Below, piece after piece: positions 19,160 through 29,184 of a stretch of DNA of 64,000 nt. Source of the stretch: Myxococcota bacterium (GTDB lineage Bacteria > Myxococcota_A > SURF-8). Every line of letters starts with the position of its first letter. Within the stretch, counting starts at the first letter, position 1. Under the pieces are notes generated by a model. The model had not been told where the DNA came from and ran no database searches. It saw nothing but the letters and a program-made list of their open reading frames with translations. The position numbers were made by a program, and so were the translations under genes. Where the stretch lies: assembly GCA_963674735.2 (NCBI GenBank), contig CAXXQS010000001.1:32001-96000 (forward strand), read 5' to 3'.

Positions 19160-20800
19160 TTAATCCATTGCAGACGGGCTGATTTCAACCCGTTGTTCGG
19201 TTAGGGAGTCCGACGGCGCATCAGCGGCGGAATCGAATACCAGCAGCACACCCAGATCCTCGATATACTCATACCGACCGAAGGCCAGCGTTACGCTCGG
19301 AGCCTGGGGGTAATGCCGCTTGGGCAGCCGAATGACCGTCGGTTGGGTTTGCTCCGCATCCACCCGGTAGCTGTAGCTGAGGTGCTTGTCCACCGGAGAG
19401 TAGCTGAAGGCAATCGCTTCGCCATTTGTAAACTCGGGGTAGGGCCGGGCCACGGCATCCGCTCGGGGAACGCGCTCCGTCCAGTCGCTGTTGACGAAGG
19501 AGCAATCTTCTTGGTTCCAATAGTCGGTGCTTACCTCGTGGGTCCAAACCGTGGCGTGCATCAACTCGGTGTCCAGTGACGCATAGAGATCATCGAAAAA
19601 CCAACCGGCGTTGCCGTCGTCTCCGGGATCGTCCTGCGAGCCCCGAAAGCCGAACTCGCTGAGCAAGGCGGGGACACCCAGTTCGGTTGCCCGGGCGCTG
19701 CGCTCGGCCAGGGCGTCGGCGATTTCCTCGGCGTCGCCATTGTATTCACCCAGGACAAACTGCATCGGATAGTAGTAATGCGGGGAGAGGATGTAGTTGG
19801 CGATTCCCTCGATGGTCCAGCTTTCTTCGCTTTCGCTCTGACCGGCTTCCAGCCCGCTGGGTTCGAGAAACATAATGAAGTGCGGTGCTTGTTCGCGGAT
19901 GCGCGCGCTCAGTGTCGTGTAAAAAGGAATGAGCTTCGTCGTGTGCCACAGCGCCAGATCCTCTTTGCCGTCGGCGCCGGGATTGGGCTCGTTCATCAGG
20001 TCGATGCCAAGCAGGTTCGGGGCATCCGCAAAGCGGGCGGCAACGGCCTCGACCATGGCGATATAGGCGTCCTGGATGCCGTCGCCGTTTGACCAGAAGC
20101 GATCGAAGGTACCCAGAACGGTTTCATCCGAGAAGACTTTCATGAACCAGCTGGTGTCATCCAGTGGCGGCGCTTCGGCGGGCGGATTTTCGAGCGCCCA
20201 GGCGGGAGCGCCGGAGCCGCCCAGGTAGCGGCTGAAGAGATCCTGGTGGAAATCCAAAAACACATACATGCCGCGTTGCGCCGCCGCCTCGATCTGGCTT
20301 TCGATGAAGTCCAGATAGTGTTCGTCGTAAGTCCCTCGCTCGGGTTCGACGGCCTCCCAGAAGACGGTCAGGCGGATGCAGTTCATCGCCCAGTCTGCGG
20401 GAAAGTCCATATAGCGTTCGTGTTCGTCAAGGAAGTCGGGCGCCTCCGGATCCCCCTGCCAGGGAATGTGCGGCGGAATCTTCGCACGACCGCCGATGTT
20501 GATGCCGCGCAGAAGGACGGTTCGCCCGCTCGCATCGACGATATCCAGGCCTTCGACGTGCAGGCGAGGAAACTCCCAGCCGGTCATCGAGGGGGGGGTG
20601 TCGCCATCGTCATCGCTATCGCCGTCGCCGTCGCTTTCAGGCGTATCTTGGTCGCCATCCGTCACGTCGTCCCGGTCGCCGTCGCTTGACGGACTCGACT
20701 CTCCTTCGTCGCATCCCGCCATCAATACGAGAGAGAGAAGAAGGAAGATAAAGAATAGGGTCACCCTTGTTAAAGAAGCAGAATGGGTGGATGTACGCAT
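19160..20800 (-). CDS. GH5 glycoside hydrolase, endoglycoceramidase-like lipoprotein
   Basis: Lipobox MAGC, DGD linker; LRGIN, WEAVEP, LDFHQD, MNEP (acid/base), SEFG (nucleophile), RPYP. Confidence 0.88.
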   Translation of the reverse strand: MRTSTHSASLTRVTLFFIFLLLSLVLMAGCDEGESSPSSDGDRDDVTDGDQDTPESDGDGDSDDDGDTPPSMTGWEFPRLHVEGLDIVDASGRTVLLRGINIGGRAKIPPHIPWQGDPEAPDFLDEHERYMDFPADWAMNCIRLTVFWEAVEPERGTYDEHYLDFIESQIEAAAQRGMYVFLDFHQDLFSRYLGGSGAPAWALENPPAEAPPLDDTSWFMKVFSDETVLGTFDRFWSNGDGIQDAYIAMVEAVAARFADAPNLLGIDLMNEPNPGADGKEDLALWHTTKLIPFYTTLSARIREQAPHFIMFLEPSGLEAGQSESEESWTIEGIANYILSPHYYYPMQFVLGEYNGDAEEIADALAERSARATELGVPALLSEFGFRGSQDDPGDDGNAGWFFDDLYASLDTELMHATVWTHEVSTDYWNQEDCSFVNSDWTERVPRADAVARPYPEFTNGEAIAFSYSPVDKHLSYSYRVDAEQTQPTVIRLPKRHYPQAPSVTLAFGRYEYIEDLGVLLVFDSAADAPSDSLTEQRVEISPSAMD

Positions 20801-21121
20801 TTGTTTTGTCCCGAGTGCAAGGGGAAACATCGTGAACGCCCGGTATTGAAAAGCCATTCAAACCTGTAAACAGGGCGATTCTTCCAAGCTTATACCTCGA
20901 TAAGGTCGTCGCTTAATCAGTGATAGCATACGCACCTGTTGTGTCAACATGAAAGTAGGAAGCACGATCTTCCCCTGGCATTCGGAATGGCACCGTGTTC
21001 TGGTGTCCTTCTGCGGCCATGTCGGGACTGCCCGATTGGCGGCTCGTCCAGAGGCGAGAGCATAAAATAAAAAGCCGGAAGGACAAACCTTCCGGCACAG
21101 TGTTTATCCGTCTCGGGCCGC

Positions 21122-21964
21122 TTATTTCCAGCCTTCGACCAGTTCCAGGCTCATGAATCCCGGCGGATCCGTCCAACTGACGATGCGGTGTTCCGGGTGT
21201 GCGTAGATGGTCACTACAAGGTCGTCGCCCAGAAACTCGCCGCTCACCGCAATCTTGACTTCCATGCAGCCGCTGAGTGTCCCGTATGGGACGGTGACAT
21301 CCGCATTGAAATCCGTCACGGTCACGGCATAGGTTACATCCATAGGATCCCCGCCGAACATGCTGATCTCGCCGTCATAGACGGTCTCGACATCCAGGGC
21401 CGTATCCAGGCGGAAGGTGATGGGTGTATCGAAGCTTTCGGTAAAGCCGCTGCCGTCCTTATTGTAGCTGGCGACGCCCTTCACTTCCACAACCCATGGG
21501 GCCGTCTCGTTGATGTAGATCGCCACGCCGGTGTGGTCGGGTTCCGGTTCGCCGATGACGATGCGGGTCCAGGTTCCGCCTTCATATTCCACGTCGTATT
21601 CCAAATGCGTCTGCAGATCTTCGGCTTCGCCGCCGTAGGGCGTAGAGCGGTAAACGGCGGACTCATTCTCATCAGGGAAGAAGTCCTGCCATCCCACCTG
21701 CCAATGGGGATGTATATCGGGGTCGTCACCGTCCGGGTCATCGCCATCCGGGTCATCGCCATCGGGGTCATCGCCATCCGGGTCATCGCCATCGGGGTCG
21801 TCGCCATCGGGGTCATCGCCATCGGGGTCGTCGCCATCGGGGTCGTCGCCGTCCGGGGTGTCGCCGTCGCTGGAGTCATCATTGTCGCTGCTGCAGGCGC
21901 CAAGACTCACGATCAGAGTCAGAACGAGTAACAGTGAGATTACGATCATTCGCGAAAAGCGCAT
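21122..21964 (-). CDS. Lipoprotein with (DGDDP)9 repeat
   Basis: Lipobox LGAC; nine 15-bp units at 21720-21854; VTVPYGT..C motif near C-terminus. Confidence 0.8.
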   Translation of the reverse strand: MRFSRMIVISLLLVLTLIVSLGACSSDNDDSSDGDTPDGDDPDGDDPDGDDPDGDDPDGDDPDGDDPDGDDPDGDDPDGDDPDIHPHWQVGWQDFFPDENESAVYRSTPYGGEAEDLQTHLEYDVEYEGGTWTRIVIGEPEPDHTGVAIYINETAPWVVEVKGVASYNKDGSGFTESFDTPITFRLDTALDVETVYDGEISMFGGDPMDVTYAVTVTDFNADVTVPYGTLSGCMEVKIAVSGEFLGDDLVVTIYAHPEHRIVSWTDPPGFMSLELVEGWK

Positions 21965-22240
21965 TTCCACTTTCTCCATTATTAGTTGTGTGAAAAATCC
22001 CTGCGCAATCAGTGCCATCCGGAGAATGAAAAGTCAAGCACATTGCATCGGCCCAAAGCCTTCAGCCCATCAAAATCGGTGTTTTGCGTGCGGGTGTTGG
22101 ATCATCGCTGCGTTGTCTCCTGCCGTCTCGATCACGATTGAAGACGGCAGCTCTCTTCGAAAGCTTGACTCAAGCACGATCCCATGCATAGTGGGATGGA
22201 CAAGGGAAAACTCAGATCCGTACGCACGGGATAGCACAGG

Positions 22241-22921
22241 ATGACAAGCCGGAAATTCAGAGAAAGAAGAGCCTGCGTTTATGTTTGGGCGGTGTTCTGG
22301 CTATTGGCAACACTGATGGCGATGGCCGCCCTGACACCGTGGGACTTGGAGATTGCGTGGTCATTCAAGGATTCCTGGTCGTCGTCCTTTGGCGAATTTG
22401 TGCAGGACTGGGGGCGCAAGCCGGTTAGCCTGCTGGTGATCGGCGCGGCCTTCCTGCTGACTTCCAAACGCCACCGTATACAATACCCGAACCTGAGCCG
22501 CGCTTCCGCGGCCTTGCTCGTTCAGCTCGTCGTGCATCCGGCTTTGTTGACAAACGCAATCAAGCTTTTGGCGGGGCGGGTCCGGCCGGTGCATCTGGAT
22601 GCGGCCGCGGAAAACTATCGCCCGTTCTTCCACTGGAGCCCCGGCGTGGGAGACTTCTCGTTTCCATCGGGACATGTTGCCGTCGTGATGGTCCTCGTTC
22701 CCTGCGTGATCCAGCTTTTCCTGCTCCGCCGACGCTTCGCCGGCTGGTTGCTCGGATTGGTTTTGGCTGTGTGGGTGGCTGCGGTTGCCTATGGACGGGT
22801 CATGTATGGAGCCCATTACCTCACCGATGTGGTTTTCTCAATCGGCGTCGGCATGGCGTTGGGGCCGGTCTCTCTGACGCTGGCCGACCGTTTTTTCAAG
22901 CGGAAGGAATCGTCCCCCTGA
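22241..22921 (+). CDS. PAP2-family membrane phosphatase
   Basis: K...GRVRP, SFPSGH, GR...GAHYLTDV. Confidence 0.9.
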   Translation: MTSRKFRERRACVYVWAVFWLLATLMAMAALTPWDLEIAWSFKDSWSSSFGEFVQDWGRKPVSLLVIGAAFLLTSKRHRIQYPNLSRASAALLVQLVVHPALLTNAIKLLAGRVRPVHLDAAAENYRPFFHWSPGVGDFSFPSGHVAVVMVLVPCVIQLFLLRRRFAGWLLGLVLAVWVAAVAYGRVMYGAHYLTDVVFSIGVGMALGPVSLTLADRFFKRKESSP

Positions 22922-23279
22922 TGCTGGGGTAATCTTCAATCTGTCGTTTAGCCCGGAAGATCGATTAGAAGCCTTGCCGTTCACAAAAAGCCGGGTAGCA
23001 TTCGTTGCATAAGCCCTCCCGTCGTAGTCGGTCAGGCAAATGTCTTGCCCGACGCATCATTTGTCGGGTCAACTGGACCCGGCCTAGCTTTAACAGTCGT
23101 GTTGGATTTGACTCAATTCGGGGTCGGCTGAATACGAGCCGAACGTTGCTGTAAATCGCTTTGGTTGACAAAGCGTGGAATGATGGCATATGTTGAAAAA
23201 CATATTGACGTGCTATCCAAATACCATGCATGAAAACGCGAGCGAGCGGGGCTTGTTCCGTTTGATGGAGGTCGTAACG

Positions 23280-25112
23280 ATGAGTTGTATCAAATCGTTG
23301 AATGTTTTCGTTGTTTTGCTTTCTTGCCTCGGAGTTATTTATGCCTGCGGGGAGAGTGAATCGACTTCCGGAGCGGATGGCGATGGCGATTCGATCGAAA
23401 GTGACGGCGACGGCGATTCCGAAACCGACGGCGTGGAGGACGTTCCGCTGCCGGTGTTGTCGGTCAATGTCGAGTCGTCTTCGGGCGACGCGGATGACGA
23501 AAAGCGATTTTCGGTTACGGTGCGTAATGAAGGGGACGTGCCTGCCTATAACGTGCGCGTGACACCCGAGTCGGAGGCGGCCATCGCGTTCGGCGGAGCC
23601 TTTTCCGAGTCTACGATTCTCGATACTTACGACGGCGAGCAGGGCCGGGCTTGGCTGGAAAAACGCGGCGGCCTGCTTTTCGTCCACATCTCCGGCGATC
23701 ACTATCAGATGGGCTTTCAGCATGGAGTGCTCTTGGGCGAGGCGCTGCTGCCCGTATTCAACGGACTCGTGACCACCACGGCCATGGAACTGGGATTCGG
23801 TTCCCTCGAAACCGGGTTGGGCTGGCTGGAGGAAATGAAGGAGGCGATGGAGCCTTACACCCCGGCCAAGTATATCGAGGAAATGCACGGCATCGCCGAC
23901 GGAGCGGCGACGGTGGGCTGTCCGCTGGATTTCGACGATATCTTCATGTTGAATCTGATCATCGATGCCGGTTTAGTGCTGTACAAGCTGGCCCCGGTAA
24001 CGGGGATGGACGTTACCGTCCCCTACGATCTCGAATACGGTCCCGACTGCAGCGGCTTCACCGTGTGGGGTGGCAGCACGCAGGATGGCGAGATGATCAG
24101 TGCGGCCATTCAGGAGTACAAACCCTACCGTATCGACGCCTTCGGCGGAACGGAGGTGACGGCCCTCTATCGCGGACTGCTATTGGTCGGGCGCCCCACG
24201 GAAGGCTACAACTTCCTGGTTCCCACGGTTCCGGGCATGGTCGGCATCGCCCAGGGCCTGAACGCCGCCGGGATCTCGACCAGCTCGAAGGGCAGCAACT
24301 CCATTCATGCCACCATGTGCGGCTGCGCCATCAGCTTTGAATCGCGCGAGATCGCCCAGTATGCGGGTAACATCGACGACGCCATCGATTTTCTGGCCGG
24401 ACCGCACGCACGCGCACGCGGACACAATCGCCAGGTGGACGACAGCGCGGCGGGGCGTTCGGTCGTGCTCGAAGTCAGTGCCTCCGAGTTGGCTCTGCGC
24501 GAAGGAAACCTGGATGACGCCGTGATCGCCGCGAATCATTTCCGCGCCTGGCCGGGATTCGAGGGCTACCCGGACGACGGCCATAATATGGTGCTGGGCC
24601 AGTTCGCGTTCGGAAGTTGGGGCTATAAAACGGCCGACATCGAAACGCGGGAAGACTGGGAGGCGATTCTGGAAGAGAAGGCGACGCGCTACAACTTCTA
24701 CGCGTCGGTCATCGGAGAAAACGACGGAAACATCGATACGGAGTTGGCCAAGGAGTGGCTCAGTCGCAATCGCGGCGACGGCCATTATGCCGCCGCCGAG
24801 TGGTCGGAGATTTTCAGCGATGCCGCCCTGTACAAAACCGAAGAGCGCGGCGACATTCACAGCACCGGCGAACTGGGGCCGTCGCATCGCAGCGTGATGC
24901 TGCCCGCCCGGCGTTCCGCCTGGATCAGTTGGGGATTGGAAGATCTGGAGAATCTCGGCCCCTGGGTGTTCGTCAACCTGGAAATTCCCCCCGGTGGCGA
25001 GGTTGTCTTCGAAATTACCGCGACTTCCGATGCCGCGTGGTCGGGGAGTTCGGTCCATTTCGTCGCCGACTGCGATCAGGGCGTAAGCGGGCAGGCGGAT
25101 TTATCTTTGTAA
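23280..25112 (+). CDS. C45 family (Ntn-hydrolase) peptidase/acyltransferase lipoprotein
   Basis: Lipobox IYAC; G..YQMGFQHG, EEMHGIADG, CSGF nucleophile, GLNAAG, ANHF. Confidence 0.8.
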   Translation: MSCIKSLNVFVVLLSCLGVIYACGESESTSGADGDGDSIESDGDGDSETDGVEDVPLPVLSVNVESSSGDADDEKRFSVTVRNEGDVPAYNVRVTPESEAAIAFGGAFSESTILDTYDGEQGRAWLEKRGGLLFVHISGDHYQMGFQHGVLLGEALLPVFNGLVTTTAMELGFGSLETGLGWLEEMKEAMEPYTPAKYIEEMHGIADGAATVGCPLDFDDIFMLNLIIDAGLVLYKLAPVTGMDVTVPYDLEYGPDCSGFTVWGGSTQDGEMISAAIQEYKPYRIDAFGGTEVTALYRGLLLVGRPTEGYNFLVPTVPGMVGIAQGLNAAGISTSSKGSNSIHATMCGCAISFESREIAQYAGNIDDAIDFLAGPHARARGHNRQVDDSAAGRSVVLEVSASELALREGNLDDAVIAANHFRAWPGFEGYPDDGHNMVLGQFAFGSWGYKTADIETREDWEAILEEKATRYNFYASVIGENDGNIDTELAKEWLSRNRGDGHYAAAEWSEIFSDAALYKTEERGDIHSTGELGPSHRSVMLPARRSAWISWGLEDLENLGPWVFVNLEIPPGGEVVFEITATSDAAWSGSSVHFVADCDQGVSGQADLSL

Positions 25113-25213
25113 AAAAGCATCCGCCCAAGATTCTTCCCCCTTTGTCAAAAAGGGTTGGAATCATGGGCGGTGTTATCCTGCGGTTGCCGGTAAGCGGGTT
25201 TCGATTGTCTGGA

Positions 25214-25897
25214 CTAATCGGTTTCCAGGGCTTTGATGCGGAAAAGTATACCCGCGACTAGACCGGCCAGACTGGGGACGATTAGAAACAGCCACAGTTG
25301 CGACAGCGCTTTACCACCGACAAAGATCGCCGGTCCCAAACTGCGGGCCGGGTTGACCGATACGCCGGTTATCTGAATACCGACGATGTGAATGACAACG
25401 AGAGTCAAGCCGATGGCCAAACCGGCGAGCATGCCGGGAGCACTTTTCTGAGTCGAGCCGAGGATGGCAACCAGAAACAAAAAGGTCGCCACAAACTCGA
25501 ACAGCAGTGCCGATGCCAGTCCGTATTCTCCCAGATAACCCGGTCCCCATCCGTTTTGCCCAAGACCGGAGGCCACCACATCGTATCCGGCCAATCGGCC
25601 GCTGACGATGCCGTATAGGACGGCCGCCCCGAGGATGCCGCCGAGACATTGTGCGACAATGTAGCCGCCTAGGTCTTTTCCTCCCATGCGGCCAGCGGCA
25701 AAGACGCCGAGGCTGACGGCAGGGTTGATGTGGCAGCCGGAAATCGGTCCGATGCCGTAAGCCATGGCGATCAATGCCAAGCCGAACGCAAAGGCGATGC
25801 CCAGTACGCCGACCTGTTCACCGGCGATGACTGCCGACCCGCATCCCAACAGAACCAAGGTGAATGTTCCGATACACTCTGCCAAGTACTTTTTCAT
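25214..25897 (-). CDS. aqpZ: Aquaporin Z
   Basis: AECIGTF, SGCHINPA, SVNPARS. Confidence 0.92.
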   Translation of the reverse strand: MKKYLAECIGTFTLVLLGCGSAVIAGEQVGVLGIAFAFGLALIAMAYGIGPISGCHINPAVSLGVFAAGRMGGKDLGGYIVAQCLGGILGAAVLYGIVSGRLAGYDVVASGLGQNGWGPGYLGEYGLASALLFEFVATFLFLVAILGSTQKSAPGMLAGLAIGLTLVVIHIVGIQITGVSVNPARSLGPAIFVGGKALSQLWLFLIVPSLAGLVAGILFRIKALETD

Positions 25898-26117
25898 AGT
25901 CTAAGCCCTCCTTAGAAAACGAGGTTGCACTCATCGTCCGTTTTTACCGCGTAGTCCCCAACCGAAATGATGTGAAGCACTGTGAAATTATAATCTTTTC
26001 TCTGCCTGGAAACAATGCAAAACTCGGCCAAGCTCTCGCGATCAATGTATCGGAAAACGGGCCGGGCGAGTTTTTCGCCCGACCGAGTGGATTATGATTG
26101 AATTACACCGTAATGGC

Positions 26118-27158
26118 TTACCAGGTGATTTCGCTCACGATGGGAAAATGATCGGAAGGGTAGAAGTCGTCGTCGCCATACACGGTCTGGTCCACGGTCC
26201 ACCACGGACAGCCCCACTCGGCGCTGCCGCCTAGAAAAATGTGGTCGATACGGCGGCTGGGATCGTAATCGGGCGCCGGGCTTTGATTGTGAGTGGACGA
26301 CCATGTCTCGGCGATTTCGAAGGTGTCGATGAAATGGAAGCCTTGGTCGTCGACGCCCTGAGTCAGGGTGGCGTAGGCGGTGGAATCGGGTTTCGAGTTG
26401 TAATCGCCGACGAAAATGACGGGGTGCTCTTCGGCCCAGGGAGCAAAGCGCTCAAGCGCCAGCACCGCGCTGTGATCCTGGTTGGGCGGGTTGTTGTCGA
26501 AGTGGGTGGTGGCGAAGTAGAACTCACGGCCATCGGAGATCTGCTTCAGCCGCGCCCATGCCACGATGCGCCAGAACGCGCTGCCCGACTGCCAGCCGCC
26601 CGCCCAGGCTTCGTCGGGCGTTTCGGAGTTCCAGTAAACCCCGCTTTCAACAACGGTGAAGCGTTCTTCGCGATATAGAATCGTCGCGTCCGGGTAATCC
26701 GTCCACCCGACCTCGTTGGCGGGCAGGTCTTTCCCGAAAAGGGCTTGATAACCGGAGGTGACATCGAGAATCTCCTGGGCTTCCGTTCCATAGGTCAATT
26801 CCTGCAACCCGATCAGGTCCGGCTCAAAGCGAGCGATGATGTCCCCGAAATGCTGCACGCGTTGCTCCCAGTTCTCGTTGCCTCCATCGGTATTGGAACA
26901 GAACGAGCACATCACGTTGAAGGCCATTGCCACCAGCGTATCGTCGCTCCACGGGTATTCCACGGCCTCGTCTTCGGCGTCCGGTTCTGCGTCGGCATCC
27001 GGCAAGTCTATTTCGGCTTGTTCGCCGTCGCTGTCGCCGTCGATCAGAGTATCGGCATCGCCATCGGAGGCGGGATTATCATCGGACGAGCTGCAGCCTG
27101 CCGCCGTTGCTGCCAGAAACATGATTACGAATAGTGCTGTGAAATGAATGGTACGCAT
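26118..27158 (-). CDS. Endonuclease/exonuclease/phosphatase family lipoprotein
   Basis: Lipobox AAGC; GLQE, THFD, GDYN, RIDHI, PSDHFP. Confidence 0.9.
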   Translation of the reverse strand: MRTIHFTALFVIMFLAATAAGCSSSDDNPASDGDADTLIDGDSDGEQAEIDLPDADAEPDAEDEAVEYPWSDDTLVAMAFNVMCSFCSNTDGGNENWEQRVQHFGDIIARFEPDLIGLQELTYGTEAQEILDVTSGYQALFGKDLPANEVGWTDYPDATILYREERFTVVESGVYWNSETPDEAWAGGWQSGSAFWRIVAWARLKQISDGREFYFATTHFDNNPPNQDHSAVLALERFAPWAEEHPVIFVGDYNSKPDSTAYATLTQGVDDQGFHFIDTFEIAETWSSTHNQSPAPDYDPSRRIDHIFLGGSAEWGCPWWTVDQTVYGDDDFYPSDHFPIVSEITW

Positions 27159-27315
27159 CGGAACTTCCTTTCGCCATATTCCAATCTCGGCTAACCTTTG
27201 AGAGCGGCCGCCGAATTCCTGAATCTATCCGCGAATATAGCACAGGCTTTCATGCCGGATAGGAATTAATTTTGGGACTTGAGTTCAATATGAACCCGAG
27301 TGAAATCTCGTCGCG

Positions 27316-27378
27316 GTCATTCCCTACTAGACGCGGATTCCATGCCCGAAGAGACTCCGGATCAAGTCCGGGGTGACG
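27316..27378. repeat. GTCA..GGATTC..CCGGATCAAGTCCGGGGTGAC palindromic repeat
   Basis: Resembles the widespread GTCATTCCC/CCGGATCAAGTCCGG intergenic repeat; single degenerate copy. Confidence 0.5.
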
Positions 27379-27503
27379 AGTGCGAGCGCACCGAAATAAC
27401 GCTCGGTTCAATGAAAAACGCCGAAATTGCGAGGCGGTTTTTTGGGTGATGGGATGGCGACAGTCACGCGGCAAGCCGCTCAACGGTAAGCTGCTTAACC
27501 GAT

Positions 27504-27532
27504 TTGACAATCGGCGGGGGAACGGCGATAAT
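27504..27532 (+). promoter_or_regulatory. Sigma70-like promoter
   Basis: TTGACA-N17-GATAAT about 100 bp upstream of the carboxyltransferase gene. Confidence 0.55.
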
Positions 27533-27631
27533 CCCGCCGACGCAATCACTCGCACCCGACGGCACGGACGGTGCTTGAAAAACAGCGGGAGCGCTTTGTT
27601 TGAGCGAGCCGCTTAACGAGGGGAGCCGAAA

Positions 27632-29173
27632 ATGGCCCAACTGACGGAAACCATTCTGCGTGACGCCCACCAGTCGCTTATCGCCACCCGTATGCGCACC
27701 GAAGATATGCTGGAAGGCGCGGAACTCATCGATAAAGTCGGGTATCGGTCGGCCGAGATGTGGGGAGGGGCGACCTTCGATGTCTGCATGCGTTTTCTCA
27801 ATGAAAATCCCTGGGAACGTTTGCGGGTGTTGAAAAAACGCCTGAAGAACACACCCACCCAGATGCTGCTACGCGGTCAAAACCTGGTGGGATATACGCA
27901 TTATGCCGATGATGTGGTGGATCTTTTCGTGAAGCAGTCCGCCCGAAACGGGATCGATATCTTCCGTGTTTTCGATGCCTTGAACGACGTGCGCAACATG
28001 GAGCGGTCCATCGCCGCCGTGCTCGCGGCGGGAGCGCACGCGCAGGGTACGATCAGTTACACCCGCAGTCCCGTGCATACCATCGAGAAGTTCGTGACCA
28101 TAGCGCGCGAACTCAAAGATCTGGGTTGCCAGTCGATCTGCGTGAAAGACATGGCGGGCCTCTTGACGCCCAAAGAGGCGATCCCACTGGTCAAGGCCTT
28201 GAAAAAAGATATCGGTTTGGAATTGTGGGTGCACTCGCACAACACCGGCGGTTACGCTCAAGCCACGTACTATGCCGCGATCGAAGCGGGGGCGGATGTG
28301 GTGGACTGCTCCCTGTCGCCCCTGTCCAATGGTACGGGCCAGCCTCCCACCGAGTCGATGGTGGCGGCGCTGGAGGGCACCCCGTGGGAAACCGGCTATA
28401 AGCTCGAAGACCTGGAACCGCTCACCCGTCTGTTTGCCAAAGTACGCGAAAAATACCTCGGCTACCTCGATCCGATTTCGGAACGGGTGGACGTTCGTGT
28501 GCTGACTTACCAGGTGCCGGGCGGGATGATTTCGAATCTCGTCAGCCAGCTCAAGCAACAGAACAAGCTGGATCAGTTCGAGGCGGTGCTGGCCGAAGTG
28601 CCTGCCGTGCGTGCCGATCTCGGTTATGTCCCGCTGGTGACGCCGACCAGCCAGATCGTGGGCACCCAGGCGGTGTTGAACGTGCTGATGGGCGAACGCT
28701 ACAAGATGGTTTCGAAAGAGTCGCGCGCATTGGCGCTGGGCCGCTACGGACGCACCCCGGCTCCGGTGTCGCCGGAAATCGTCGAAAAGCTGGGCGGGGG
28801 CGAAGAGCCCATCACCGGGCGTCCGGCGGACGAACTCGCTCCGGCCCTCGATTCGGTGCGGGAACAATATGGCGATCTGATCGGCAGCGACGAGGATTTG
28901 CTGATGCTGGCGATCTACGGGGATGTCGCGGCGCGTTTTTTGCGTGGCGAGACGGAGGCCGAAGCCATTCCGGCCCGCAGTCTTACCGAAGCGCCGGGGA
29001 AAATGCCCAAGCTCGAAGGGGACTTGAGTGCCTTCGAATTCGTCATAGATGGCGCGGTCCACCATGCGGAATTGCGTCCGGCCAAAGCGATTCCCGGCAA
29101 CCATGCGGATACCATGAAAAAGAAGCCCCCCAAACAAGTGGCGCGTCCGGCTCCCTATTCGGCTCGGCGTTGA
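27632..29173 (+). CDS. Pyruvate/oxaloacetate carboxyltransferase (OadA/PycB/transcarboxylase 5S-like), without biotinyl domain
   Basis: LRDAHQSL.ATRMRT, WGGATFD, QMLLRGQN, KDMAG, HSH, PLVTPTSQIVG; no EAMKM. Confidence 0.9.
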   Translation: MAQLTETILRDAHQSLIATRMRTEDMLEGAELIDKVGYRSAEMWGGATFDVCMRFLNENPWERLRVLKKRLKNTPTQMLLRGQNLVGYTHYADDVVDLFVKQSARNGIDIFRVFDALNDVRNMERSIAAVLAAGAHAQGTISYTRSPVHTIEKFVTIARELKDLGCQSICVKDMAGLLTPKEAIPLVKALKKDIGLELWVHSHNTGGYAQATYYAAIEAGADVVDCSLSPLSNGTGQPPTESMVAALEGTPWETGYKLEDLEPLTRLFAKVREKYLGYLDPISERVDVRVLTYQVPGGMISNLVSQLKQQNKLDQFEAVLAEVPAVRADLGYVPLVTPTSQIVGTQAVLNVLMGERYKMVSKESRALALGRYGRTPAPVSPEIVEKLGGGEEPITGRPADELAPALDSVREQYGDLIGSDEDLLMLAIYGDVAARFLRGETEAEAIPARSLTEAPGKMPKLEGDLSAFEFVIDGAVHHAELRPAKAIPGNHADTMKKKPPKQVARPAPYSARR

Positions 29174-29184
29174 GCGTCTAGCGG

